From Pseudogracilibacillus sp. (GTDB lineage: Bacteria > Bacillota > Bacilli > Bacillales > Amphibacillaceae): a stretch of 64,000 nt of DNA. This document shows positions 48,151-56,840 of the stretch, one piece after another (the stretch's first letter is position 1; every line of letters starts with the position of its first letter). Where the stretch lies: NCBI GenBank assembly GCA_026169815.1, contig JAPFDT010000043.1, positions 15,118 to 79,117 on the forward strand, read 5' to 3'. The translations under genes and the position numbers were made by a program. The notes beneath the pieces were generated by a model, which was not told the origin of the DNA, made no database searches, and was given only the letters and a program-made list of their open reading frames with translations.

Positions 48151-49269
48151 GTGAAAGTATTATTTTTAAATGCAGGTAATGAAACTGGCGGTGGGATGGT
48201 TCATATTTTACAAATGTTACAAAGCTTGCAGCAGAAAGGAGAGGGCACGTTCGTATTAGCTGTTTTAGAAGAAGGATTATTAAGAGAACGTGCCGAAGCT
48301 TTAGGTATTGAGACGGTTTGTTTTAGTGAGATGCGTTTTCCATTTTTACATGAATTACAATTTTATATTGAACAGGGGAATTTCACACATATCCATACAC
48401 ATGGACCTCGTGCGAATGTGTTAATCGCTTTTTTACGACGTCGTTTACGATCTGAATTTGAATGGGTAACGACAGTGCATAGTAATCCATTAGTTGATTT
48501 TGCACATAAAGGATTACGTGGGAAATTGCTAAGTAAGTTACATATTAGTGCATTAAAAAAAGCGGATAAAATGATTACAGTTTGTGAAGCTTTTCAACCT
48601 GTCCTGAAAAGAACTGGTGTGAAAAAACCTCTTATGACTACGATTCGAAATGGAGCACAATTTACGACGAAGATGGATGAAGAAGCTATTGTAAATGACA
48701 AACGCCGTGCTTTAGGATTAGCAGACGAACATATTGTTTTTGTGCAAATTGCCAGATTAGAAGCGGTTAAAGCACATGAAAAAGGTTTGTATGCATTTCG
48801 GAATATTGTAGATAAGTTTCCTTTTGCTCGACTTCTTTTTGTTGGTGCAGGTCCTCTTGAGGGGGAGTTAAAACAATTAACGGAAAAATTAAACTTGGAA
48901 GATTACGTCACCTTTTTAGGTGAACGAGATGATGTAGCTGATTTATTGAAGTTGTCACATGTATCTTTATTAACATCTATTAGTGAAGGATTTCCTTACG
49001 TACTCTTAGAATCAGCTCAAGCGAAAAAGCCTGTCATTGCAACAGATGTAGGCGATGTCCGTCATTTAGTTCATCAAGACTCAGTAGGATGGCTCGTTGA
49101 AGCTGGAAGTGAAATAGGTGTAGTAGAAGCGATGGAAGCAGCAATTGTTTCAAAACGAGATGGTAGGTTGGAAAAAAAGGGAGAAGCTTTGTATGAACAT
49201 GCAAAAAAGAAGTTTTCAGTGAAAACGCAGACTAAGAAATTGTTAGAAGTGTACCGGGAGAAAATATAA
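48151..49269 (+). CDS. Glycosyltransferase family 4
   Basis: GTG start. C-terminal motif SISEGFPYVLLESAQAKKPVIATDVGDVRHLV. Confidence 0.85.
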   Translation: MKVLFLNAGNETGGGMVHILQMLQSLQQKGEGTFVLAVLEEGLLRERAEALGIETVCFSEMRFPFLHELQFYIEQGNFTHIHTHGPRANVLIAFLRRRLRSEFEWVTTVHSNPLVDFAHKGLRGKLLSKLHISALKKADKMITVCEAFQPVLKRTGVKKPLMTTIRNGAQFTTKMDEEAIVNDKRRALGLADEHIVFVQIARLEAVKAHEKGLYAFRNIVDKFPFARLLFVGAGPLEGELKQLTEKLNLEDYVTFLGERDDVADLLKLSHVSLLTSISEGFPYVLLESAQAKKPVIATDVGDVRHLVHQDSVGWLVEAGSEIGVVEAMEAAIVSKRDGRLEKKGEALYEHAKKKFSVKTQTKKLLEVYREKI

Positions 49270-49304
49270 AAAACCTCGTTGTACTGTGTGAGTACAACGA
49301 GGTC
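49266..49304. terminator. Terminator between the convergent GT4 and LCP genes (strong on the minus strand)
   Basis: ACCTCGTTGTACT pairs with AGTACAACGAGGT. The minus-strand reading is followed by TTTTTTATATTTT. Confidence 0.8.
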
Positions 49305-49310
49305 ATTCGT

Positions 49311-50438
49311 TTAGTATGTTGGTTCTTCTTCATACGTCGGCTCTTCTTCGTATGTTGGTTCCTCATTATTTTGTTCATTAAATTCAGAGGAATCTTCCTC
49401 TTCATCATTATCTTCATTTTCGTCCTCGTCTGAATCAAGGTCGAAGTCATAGCCGTAATCTGTTATCGGAATTTCTAAATGCTTTTCGAGCGTATTGATT
49501 GTTCTTGCTAAATCCATATCATCGAATTTCCAATAATAAATCCCATTCGGTTTATAATCATAACCATCAATGTTTAATGTTTCAATATCGATGTTTGTAC
49601 CGTGTGTCGCATAACTTAGGAAACTTTTCATTTCAGTAAATGTCATATCTGTTTTTAAATTTTCACCAATCGCATCAATAACATCATCATATTTTAAAAT
49701 TGATTTAACATTCATTGTTTTCGATACGAGTGCTTTAATAATTTCTTGTTGACGTTTTCCACGCTCAACATCACTATCTAATTTTCTCGTTCTAGCTAAG
49801 GCTAATGCTTCTTCCCCGTTTAATTGTTGATATCCAGGGTATAGATGGATAGCGTCCGCTTTGTCTTTAGAATCTTGTTCTTGAAATTCGTATGGTACAT
49901 CGACTGAGATACCATCTAATGCATCAACAACATCCATGAAAGCTTCAAAGTTCACTCGGATATAATAATCAATTGGAATATCTAATAAATTCTCTACAGT
50001 GTCAATTGTCGCACGTGTTCCGCCATATGAATGAGCATGGTTAATTTTGTCCTCGTAATTTACATAAGGGATGTGGACAAGTGCATCACGTGGAAGACTT
50101 AATAATTTAACACTTTTATCATCTTTATTTAATGTTGCGACTAATAGGGCATCTGTACGTGTACCCTCATCTGCTCCTCGTTTGTCACTAGCGTCAATTC
50201 CCATAAGTAAAATCGAGACGTTGTCGAATTTTGGGTCGACATAATCCATTCGTAAATCAGATTTCTCCCTATCTGCGTCGTCGTGTGATTTTGAGATAGC
50301 GCTATCTGCTTTTGAGTGTAAATACATGAAGTAAGATCCCCCAGCAATTAATAAAATGACTAATGGAAGGATTATTTTAAAACGTTTTTTAAGGACACGT
50401 TTTTTCTTTACTTCGATTCTTGATGATTCATTTCCCAT
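49311..50438 (-). CDS. LytR-CpsA-Psr (LCP) family glycopolymer-to-peptidoglycan ligase with acidic EEPTY-repeat tail
   Basis: N-terminal TM segment; LLMGIDASDKRGADEGTRTDALLVATLN; C-terminal EEPTYEEEPTYEEEPTY. The ATG at 50438 follows GGAGA. Confidence 0.9.
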   Translation of the reverse strand: MGNESSRIEVKKKRVLKKRFKIILPLVILLIAGGSYFMYLHSKADSAISKSHDDADREKSDLRMDYVDPKFDNVSILLMGIDASDKRGADEGTRTDALLVATLNKDDKSVKLLSLPRDALVHIPYVNYEDKINHAHSYGGTRATIDTVENLLDIPIDYYIRVNFEAFMDVVDALDGISVDVPYEFQEQDSKDKADAIHLYPGYQQLNGEEALALARTRKLDSDVERGKRQQEIIKALVSKTMNVKSILKYDDVIDAIGENLKTDMTFTEMKSFLSYATHGTNIDIETLNIDGYDYKPNGIYYWKFDDMDLARTINTLEKHLEIPITDYGYDFDLDSDEDENEDNDEEEDSSEFNEQNNEEPTYEEEPTYEEEPTY

Positions 50439-50659
50439 GATATTCTCCAATCTCCTTTTTTAGGATGTATATATAAATAATGGCATTTGTGTCAATTCGG
50501 AATTAGAATAGTTATATAGCTTCGTGTATGATATCACATACCTAGCTATTTTATCAAAAACTGCTACCATATATCATACTACTTTTTTTATTGTACGTAA
50601 ATACATATCTACTCATTATTAACTAATAACTCGAATAAAATGGGAAAGGTTGTTGGAAA

Positions 50660-51391
50660 GTGTCGACAAAGCTTGAAACAGTAACAATTATGGATATACC
50701 ATTTGTTAATAAAACATATAAAGACTTTATTGAAACAGTTATATCAGCAACAATAGACGAAGAAAAACAGTTCATCGTAACAGCAAATCCAGAAATAGTA
50801 ATGGCGACACGAAAAGATGCAACTTATAAACAAATAGTCCAAACAGCAGATTATGTTGTGCCGGATGGGATAGGGATTATCGTTGCAGCGAAATTACAAA
50901 AAGAAGCGTTACAAGAACGAATTGCGGGTTTTGATGTTATGACAAGTTTGTTAGAAAAAGCAGATGCGCATAAGTTAAGTTGTTTTTTCTTAGGTGCTTC
51001 AGAAGCAGTAAATGAAAAAGCGGTGCAACAAATTCAGAAAACATATCCTAATTTAATTGTTGCTGGACGTCATCATGGTTATTTTGATATAAGTGATACA
51101 GAGGTGCAAGAGCAAGTCATTGCTTCAGAAGCAGATTTAATTTTTGTTGCATTAGGGTTTCCGAAGCAGGAAAAATGGATTGATGCTTGTATGCCACGTT
51201 GTCCTAAAGGGACATTTATTGGTGTCGGCGGAAGTTTCGATGTGTTTGCAGGTAATGTGAAGCGAGCACCTGACTTTTGGATAAAATGGAATATCGAGTG
51301 GCTTTATCGTTTGTTAAAACAGCCATTTAGATGGAAGCGCATGTTGCCGATTGTGAAGTTTTTATGGTTAATAGTTAGGAAAAAGGATTGA
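50660..51391 (+). CDS. tagA: WecG/TagA/CpsF-family N-acetylmannosaminyltransferase
   Basis: VTANPEIVM, PDGIGII, FFLGASEAV...AGRHHGYF, GFPKQEKW. Confidence 0.88.
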   Translation: MSTKLETVTIMDIPFVNKTYKDFIETVISATIDEEKQFIVTANPEIVMATRKDATYKQIVQTADYVVPDGIGIIVAAKLQKEALQERIAGFDVMTSLLEKADAHKLSCFFLGASEAVNEKAVQQIQKTYPNLIVAGRHHGYFDISDTEVQEQVIASEADLIFVALGFPKQEKWIDACMPRCPKGTFIGVGGSFDVFAGNVKRAPDFWIKWNIEWLYRLLKQPFRWKRMLPIVKFLWLIVRKKD

Positions 51392-51393
51392 AT

Positions 51394-51442
51394 GACAGCA
51401 GTTTAGACGATACATTTTTCGTCGGAACTGTTGTTTTTTTAT
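51394..51442 (+). terminator. Terminator after tagA
   Basis: ACAGCAGTT..AGACGA pairs with TCGTC..AACTGTTGT, followed by TTTTTTT. Confidence 0.75.
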
Positions 51443-51512
51443 TTTTATTATAATTCATGCCACCTTATTTACCTCCCCAGCGATAGTATGGGTGAAAGTG
51501 AGGTGAGGGAAC

Positions 51513-51734
51513 ATGGCAGAGAGTATTTTACAACATTCACAGTTGCGTTTAATTTTAAATAACGGAACAGATCCAGAGACGGACAGAGTTAAAACGAAGA
51601 CAAAATCGTTTAACAATGTCACGGAAGATGCAACAGCGGATCAATTGTATGCAGTGGCAAATGCGCTTGTATCATTGCAGACACTTCCGTTACACGACCT
51701 GCAACGAGTGGATACGTCAGATTTAATTGAGTAA
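51513..51734 (+). CDS. DUF1659-family small protein
   Basis: 73 aa; LRLILNNGTDPETDRVKTKTKSFNNV...ADQLYAVANAL. RBS GAGGTGAGGG lies upstream. Confidence 0.75.
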   Translation: MAESILQHSQLRLILNNGTDPETDRVKTKTKSFNNVTEDATADQLYAVANALVSLQTLPLHDLQRVDTSDLIE

Positions 51735-51767
51735 GCAGATGACTAATTGTTAGAAAGGAGGTATGTC

Positions 51768-51998
51768 ATGAAGAAATTAGAGCTGATTTTTGCAACAGAT
51801 CTTGATAAGACAGTGACGTTCTCATTAGATTCACCTGTTGAGCCGGTTGATGGAGCAGCAGTGAATGAAGCGATGGATTTGATTGTCGCAGAAAATATTT
51901 TCAAGCCCGCTTCAGGTGGCGAAATTATTAAGAAGAAAGCTGCTCGTATCGTGGACCGTCAAGTGGAAGACATTGAACTTGATATTGACGAAGCGTAA
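51768..51998 (+). CDS. DUF2922-family small protein
   Basis: ATG at 51768 follows AAGGAGG. MKKLELIFATDLDKTVTFSLDSPVEPVDGAAV is typical of the partner of DUF1659. Confidence 0.75.
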   Translation: MKKLELIFATDLDKTVTFSLDSPVEPVDGAAVNEAMDLIVAENIFKPASGGEIIKKKAARIVDRQVEDIELDIDEA

Positions 51999-52016
51999 TG
52001 ACGAGTGAAAGGAGAA

Positions 52017-52049
52017 ACAGGCTGGCTGAAGCGCTAGCCTGTTTTTTCG
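52017..52049 (+). terminator. Terminator after the DUF2922 gene
   Basis: AACAGGCT pairs with AGCCTGTT, followed by TTTTT. Confidence 0.7.
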
Positions 52050-52086
52050 CTTAAGCAGCGGAACTACAAGTGAGGAGGGATTTTTC

Positions 52087-52221
52087 ATGGAAACATGGAT
52101 TGCGTTTGTAACCGAATTGAGCTTTCCTATAGCGATTACGTTTTATTTATTACATCGTATAGAAGGAAAACTTGATGTGTTAAACGACTCTATCCGCATG
52201 TTACCAGACAAAATGCGCTAA
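52087..52221 (+). CDS. yvrJ: YvrJ-family small membrane protein (44 aa; not in the supplied ORF track)
   Basis: The ATG at 52087 follows GAGGAGGG. Product is METWIAFVTELSFPIAITFYLLHRIEGKLDVLNDSIRMLPDKMR. This family classically follows DUF1659/DUF2922 genes. Confidence 0.7.
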   Translation: METWIAFVTELSFPIAITFYLLHRIEGKLDVLNDSIRMLPDKMR

Positions 52222-52232
52222 AGAAATAGGGG

Positions 52233-52266
52233 AGACAGCACTTTCTGAGGGAAGTGCTGTTTTTTG
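52233..52266 (+). terminator. Terminator after yvrJ
   Basis: ACAGCACTT pairs with AAGTGCTGT, followed by TTTTTT. Confidence 0.8.
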
Positions 52267-52410
52267 ATGAGGAATGTGTTGGCACGGCTCATTCTCCAAA
52301 AATATTTTCACAATTTTAATGCTTATTTAAAGTTTTCTCCTTTTCATATGTAGGAACTGGTCAAAAATGCTATACTTATATGAAATAGAATGGACGAGGA
52401 GTGTTTGGTT

Positions 52411-53163
52411 ATGGTGAAGTTGTTGGGGCGTTTGCCGGCGATTTGTACGCCGCTTACTGGAAAGACGCGTGAGGAGATTATGGATCAGCTTGGTGTGGTG
52501 CGGATGCATTTGCCTGATGTGATTGAGTGGAGGGCGGATTTTTTTCATGAGTTGGCGGATACGGAGCTTGTGCTAGATGTGATTCGAGAGATTAAAGAGG
52601 TGACAGAGATTCCGTTGTTATTTACGATTCGCGCACAGCATGAGGGTGGCGAGCGGATTGTATTGACAGATGCGGATAAGCTTGCGTTAGTGAAGCTGGT
52701 GTGTGCGGAGACGGCTGTAGAGATGGTTGATGTGGAGACGTCGAATGGCGATGATTTTGTTCGTGATGTTCGTGCGGCTGCGGATGCTGCGGGGAAGCGG
52801 TTAATTTTGTCGTATCATAATTTTGAATATACACCGGATAATGCGGAATTAATGAAGCGAGCGCAGAATGCAGAGAAGTTGGGTGCAGATTTTGTTAAGT
52901 TGGCTGTGATGCCTCAGGATAAGGCGGATGTGTTTCAGCTCTTGCATGTGACGAAGGAAATTGATGAGGCGCTAGACGTTCCTGTCATCACGATGTCGAT
53001 GGGAGATGTAGGTGGGCTCAGTCGCATTATTGGTTGGGTATATGGTTCAGTGTTGACCTTTGGAGTTGGGGTCGAGTTGTCAGCGCCGGGGCAAATGCCG
53101 GTGAAGGAGTTACGTGAAGCGATTCGAAAAACGCAGGATTTAGTGCCGAAGTGGGAGAAGTAG
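52411..53163 (+). CDS. aroD: Type I 3-dehydroquinate dehydratase
   Basis: ATG at 52411 lies 9 nt after GAGGAG (the ORF extends to 52390). Motifs IEWRADFF, LFTIRAQHEGG, ILSYHNFEYTP, FVKLAVMP (catalytic Lys). Confidence 0.9.
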   Translation: MVKLLGRLPAICTPLTGKTREEIMDQLGVVRMHLPDVIEWRADFFHELADTELVLDVIREIKEVTEIPLLFTIRAQHEGGERIVLTDADKLALVKLVCAETAVEMVDVETSNGDDFVRDVRAAADAAGKRLILSYHNFEYTPDNAELMKRAQNAEKLGADFVKLAVMPQDKADVFQLLHVTKEIDEALDVPVITMSMGDVGGLSRIIGWVYGSVLTFGVGVELSAPGQMPVKELREAIRKTQDLVPKWEK

Positions 53164-53257
53164 AGAGAATTATCAAAAGATATTATAAAATTGTTGAAAT
53201 GGTAATACTAATTTAAAAGGTTTATGAAATTGATAAATTTATTTTAGGGGGGATATT

Positions 53258-54715
53258 TTGAAATTATCGAAATATGAACCATCATTAACTCTGAGTGAAT
53301 TACTTACTAGAGAAGAAGGAGCCTATTATGATCGGAAATCTGCTAAAATTCCAATTTCTAAATTGGCTGAGGCTATAATTGGTTTTGCAAATGCTGATGG
53401 CGGAATGATAGCAATAGGAATTGAAAATAGAAAACTACAAGGTATTTGTTCACAAGGTAATACTAAAGTTAATGATTTTATTCAATGTGGTTTTGAAAAA
53501 TGCTTTCCATCAGTCAATTACGAGTATGAGAAAATCGCAATAGTAAAAGAGAATAAAAAAGAAGATGAATTACTTTTACTTCATATAAAGCCAAGTATAG
53601 ATAAAGTTCATAAATCAGAAGCGAATGAAGTTTTCTTAAGAGTAGGCGATGAAACTAAAAAGTTAAGTTACGATCAACGAATTGATATTGAATATGATAA
53701 AGGAAGTAGGCTATATGAGGAACAGATTGCTGATGGATGTACGATGGATGATTTAGATATTGAAGTTGTCCAAAAGTATAAAGAAAAGTTACAATTTAAA
53801 GGTGATCATAAAGAGTTGTTGTTAGCTAGAGGTTTTTTGAAAAGAGATAAAAACATGTTAAATGTTACTATAGCTGGTGCACTTTTGTTTGCTAAATATC
53901 CAACCCAATTTGTGCCAAGTGCTAAGCTACGCTTTTACAGATATGATGGTATAAAAGCTAAGGTAGGGACAGATATCAATATATCTAAACAAAAAGAGTT
54001 TGAAGCGCCATTGTCAATATTAATTGAACAAGCTAAGCATTTCATTGATTCACAATTAAGGGAATTTATGACATTAGATATGGAAACAGGAAAATTTACA
54101 AGCATTCCAGAGTATCCTCCGTTTGCGTGGCAAGAAGGAATTATTAATGCAATTACCCATAGAGCATATAATATACACGGTGATGATATTAAAGTTTTTA
54201 TGTTTGATGATAGATTAGAGATTCACAGTCCTGGAAAATTACCAAATATAGTCAGTGTAGACAACATTCGTTATACAAGATATTCTAGAAATCCAAAAAT
54301 TGCACGAGGTTTGTCCGATTTAGAATGGGTACGTGAATTGAATGAAGGAGTTAAACGTATTTATATTGATATGGAAAAGTTCTTTTTGGATCCTCCTGTA
54401 TATGAAGAAAAACATAACACTGTAATTTTAACTTTAAAAAATAATTATATCATGCGAAAAACACGAAAAGAAGAACGGATTTCAGCAATATTTGACCGTA
54501 ATTGGAAAACTTTATCTAATAGCGAGAAAAAAGCACTAGAACTTGTATATGAGAAAGGTCATGTAAGAACCCGTGATCTAGCCTTAGCACTTAACAGAGG
54601 ACAAGGATTTGCTTTAGATGTTTTAAAATCTTTAAAAGATAAAGAATTATTAAGACTAGTAGCTTCGTCGAATTTCGATCCCAATCAGTATTATGAATTA
54701 AATACGGAAGAGTGA
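53258..54715 (+). CDS. AlbA_2 (Schlafen-like divergent AAA) / HATPase_c_4 / C-terminal wHTH protein
   Basis: N-terminal EGAYYDRKSAKI...LAEAIIGFANADGGMIAIGIE. Central region AITHRAYNIHGDDIKVFMFDDRLEIHSPGKLPN. TTG start after GGGGGG. Confidence 0.7.
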   Translation: MKLSKYEPSLTLSELLTREEGAYYDRKSAKIPISKLAEAIIGFANADGGMIAIGIENRKLQGICSQGNTKVNDFIQCGFEKCFPSVNYEYEKIAIVKENKKEDELLLLHIKPSIDKVHKSEANEVFLRVGDETKKLSYDQRIDIEYDKGSRLYEEQIADGCTMDDLDIEVVQKYKEKLQFKGDHKELLLARGFLKRDKNMLNVTIAGALLFAKYPTQFVPSAKLRFYRYDGIKAKVGTDINISKQKEFEAPLSILIEQAKHFIDSQLREFMTLDMETGKFTSIPEYPPFAWQEGIINAITHRAYNIHGDDIKVFMFDDRLEIHSPGKLPNIVSVDNIRYTRYSRNPKIARGLSDLEWVRELNEGVKRIYIDMEKFFLDPPVYEEKHNTVILTLKNNYIMRKTRKEERISAIFDRNWKTLSNSEKKALELVYEKGHVRTRDLALALNRGQGFALDVLKSLKDKELLRLVASSNFDPNQYYELNTEE

Positions 54716-54837
54716 AGAGTGAGGTTAAAGATAAAATAACGAAACGTTGATAACTTTATATCTATTTGTTTTTTAACAGATAATAAATAAAATTAAAATA
54801 ACGGGGCTTTATTAGTAGCTGGCTTCACGATAGGTTA

Positions 54838-55330
54838 CGAGCCTCTCGTGAAGTACTCTGAGCCTCTCGCATGTTTCCCGCTGAGTTGTGTGTTAAAAAG
54901 CTTGGTTCCTCGCGATAACATTCAGTATTATTTTAAGAGCTTCTTGTTTAAAGTCATGAGCCTCTCGTGAAGTACTCTGAGCCTCTCGCATGTTTCCCGC
55001 TGAGTTGTGTGTTAAAAAGCTTGGTTCCTCGCGGTAACATTCAGTATTATTTTAAGAGCTTCTTATTTAAAGTCACGAGCCTCTCGTGAAGTACTCTGAG
55101 CCTCTCGCATGTCTCCCGCTGAGTTATGTGTTAAAAAGGCTTGGTTCCTCGCGGTAACATTCAGTATTATTTTAAGAGCTTCTTGTTTAAAGTCACGAGC
55201 CTCTCGTGAAGTGCTCTGAGCCTCTCGCATGTTTCCTGCTGAGTTGTGTGTTAAAAAGCTTGGTTCCTCGCGGTAACATTCAGTATTATTTTAAGAGCTT
55301 CTTGTTTAAAGTCATAAGCCTCTCGTTTGC
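54838..55330 (+). repeat. Tandem array of 4 full + 1 partial copies of a 119-bp unit
   Basis: Unit starts are at 54838, 54957, 55076, 55195 and 55314 (partial), with very few differences between copies. Each unit starts with the hairpin TCACGAG-CCT-CTCGTGA and holds two GAGCCTCTCG boxes 21 bp apart. Confidence 0.95.
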
Positions 55331-55418
55331 AGACTATAAGTTTCATATTCGATTTTCCCCCGTTTATCCTTTCTCATTCAGGGTATGATATGAACATGAG
55401 GAAGGCGAGGTGAGGAAA

Positions 55419-55652
55419 ATGCCAAATAAACGGGACAAAGAGAAGCTTTCTGAAAAAATTAAACACCAGGATGACTTTCGTGAAGAGGATCGCACGGCTT
55501 TAGATGAGTTTGCCGATCAAAAATTTGCCGATGATATTCCTCTTGAAGATTTGAAAATTGAAGGGGAACAGGAAAAGGACAAGCATAAACAACAAGACAC
55601 GTCGCAATCGGAAGAAAAATATGATGCCGATTACGGTGATAATAATCGTTAA
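55419..55652 (+). CDS. Small highly charged (Asp/Glu/Lys-rich) protein, function unknown
   Basis: The ATG at 55419 follows GAGGTGAGG. 77 aa with no hydrophobic segment. Confidence 0.55.
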   Translation: MPNKRDKEKLSEKIKHQDDFREEDRTALDEFADQKFADDIPLEDLKIEGEQEKDKHKQQDTSQSEEKYDADYGDNNR

Positions 55653-55696
55653 AAAAGTGGCACCTTCATGAAAGTGGAGGTGTTTTTTGTATGAAA

Positions 55697-55725
55697 AAAG
55701 AGCGAAGAATGAAGTCTCCGCTCTA
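55697..55725 (-). terminator. Terminator after the SDR gene
   Basis: AGAGCG pairs with CGCTCT; on the minus strand it is followed by TTTTTT. Confidence 0.6.
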
Positions 55726-55732
55726 GCTCGTT

Positions 55733-56383
55733 TTATAATTTTTCAATCGCTTCATCAATTTCGATTGTGCCTTTTACGACTTGAAATTCTTTGCCAATTG
55801 TTGTGTTCTTTTCCAAACAAGTGAGGATAACTTTGGCAACGTCTTGTCGTGGGATTTCCTCACGTCCAACAGTAGAAGCGGCTGTAATTTTTCCATTGGC
55901 TTCATCATTTGTTAACAATCCTGGATGGATAATCGTGTAGTCTAAATTCGTACTGCGTAACCATTCATCAGCATAATGTTTTGCAACAACATACGGCGCG
56001 AAAGAGTCAGACGCTTCTTGAATCGCCGCACGCCTTGTGTCGAATGAGCTAATCATAATGTAGCGTTTGATATTCGCCTGTTCAGCAGCTTGCATCGTTT
56101 TCACCGCACCATCAAGGTCGATGAGCAATGTTTTATCTTTTCCAGTATGTGGACCTGATCCTGCCGTGAACACAATCGCATCACAGCCAGCCGCAGCTTT
56201 CGCAATAGCATCCACATCGTCCTCTAAATCCGCAATAACAGTTTCAGCACCTATTTTATTAAAAAAATCTGCCTGCGCCTCGTCACGAATCATCGCCACA
56301 GCTTTAATCTCCTCGTGGTTTTGCATATATGTGACAAGATGCTTTCCAATTTGTCCATTCGCACCAACAATTAATACTCTCAT
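55733..56383 (-). CDS. NAD(P)H-binding atypical SDR (YhfK-like) oxidoreductase
   Basis: Rossmann motif MRVLIVGANGQIGKHL; 216 aa. Confidence 0.85.
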   Translation of the reverse strand: MRVLIVGANGQIGKHLVTYMQNHEEIKAVAMIRDEAQADFFNKIGAETVIADLEDDVDAIAKAAAGCDAIVFTAGSGPHTGKDKTLLIDLDGAVKTMQAAEQANIKRYIMISSFDTRRAAIQEASDSFAPYVVAKHYADEWLRSTNLDYTIIHPGLLTNDEANGKITAASTVGREEIPRQDVAKVILTCLEKNTTIGKEFQVVKGTIEIDEAIEKL

Positions 56384-56463
56384 AAAAATTCTCCCTTCAA
56401 AATGGATCTTGTAACGTCAAGTATGATGGAATGGAAGAGGGAAGTCTAATGATTATTAGTGTG

Positions 56464-56840
56464 GAGAGCAAAATTCTGAGTGGGAGAGCAAGATTCTAAG
56501 AAGGAGAGCAAAATTCTAAGAAGGAGAGCAAAATTCTAAGAAGGAGAGCAATATTTGAGTTGGGAGAGCAATATTTGAGTTGGGAGAGCAAGATTCTGAG
56601 GGGGAGAGCAAGATTCTGAGAGGGAGAGCAAGATTCTGAGCGGGAGAGCAAGATTTGAGGGGGAGAGCAATATTTGAGTTGGGAGAGCAAGATTTGAGAA
56701 GGGAGAGCAAGATTCAGAGTTGGAGAGCAAGATTCAGAGTTGGGAGAGCAAGATTCAGAGTTGGGAGAGCAAGATTCTGAGGGGGAGAGCAAGATTCTGA
56801 GGGGGAGAGCAAATTTTGAAGCGGGTGAGCACCTCCAGCG
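56464..56840 (+). repeat. Tandem array of about 18 x 19/20/21-bp units, core GAGAGCA on the plus strand
   Basis: GAGAGC occurs at 56464, 56484 ... 56644, then 56663, 56683, 56703, 56723, 56744, 56765, 56785 and 56805, with a degenerate GTGAGC at 56825. It is a mosaic of subtypes (AAAATTCTAAGAAG, AATATTTGAGTTGG, AAGATTCTGAGRGG, AAGATTCAGAGTTG). Confidence 0.95.

Noticed and set aside
55206-55388. 60-aa ORF across the last 119-bp repeat units
   Set aside because: It starts inside a repeat unit without an RBS. Equivalent frames in the other near-identical units are interrupted, so it is not a gene.
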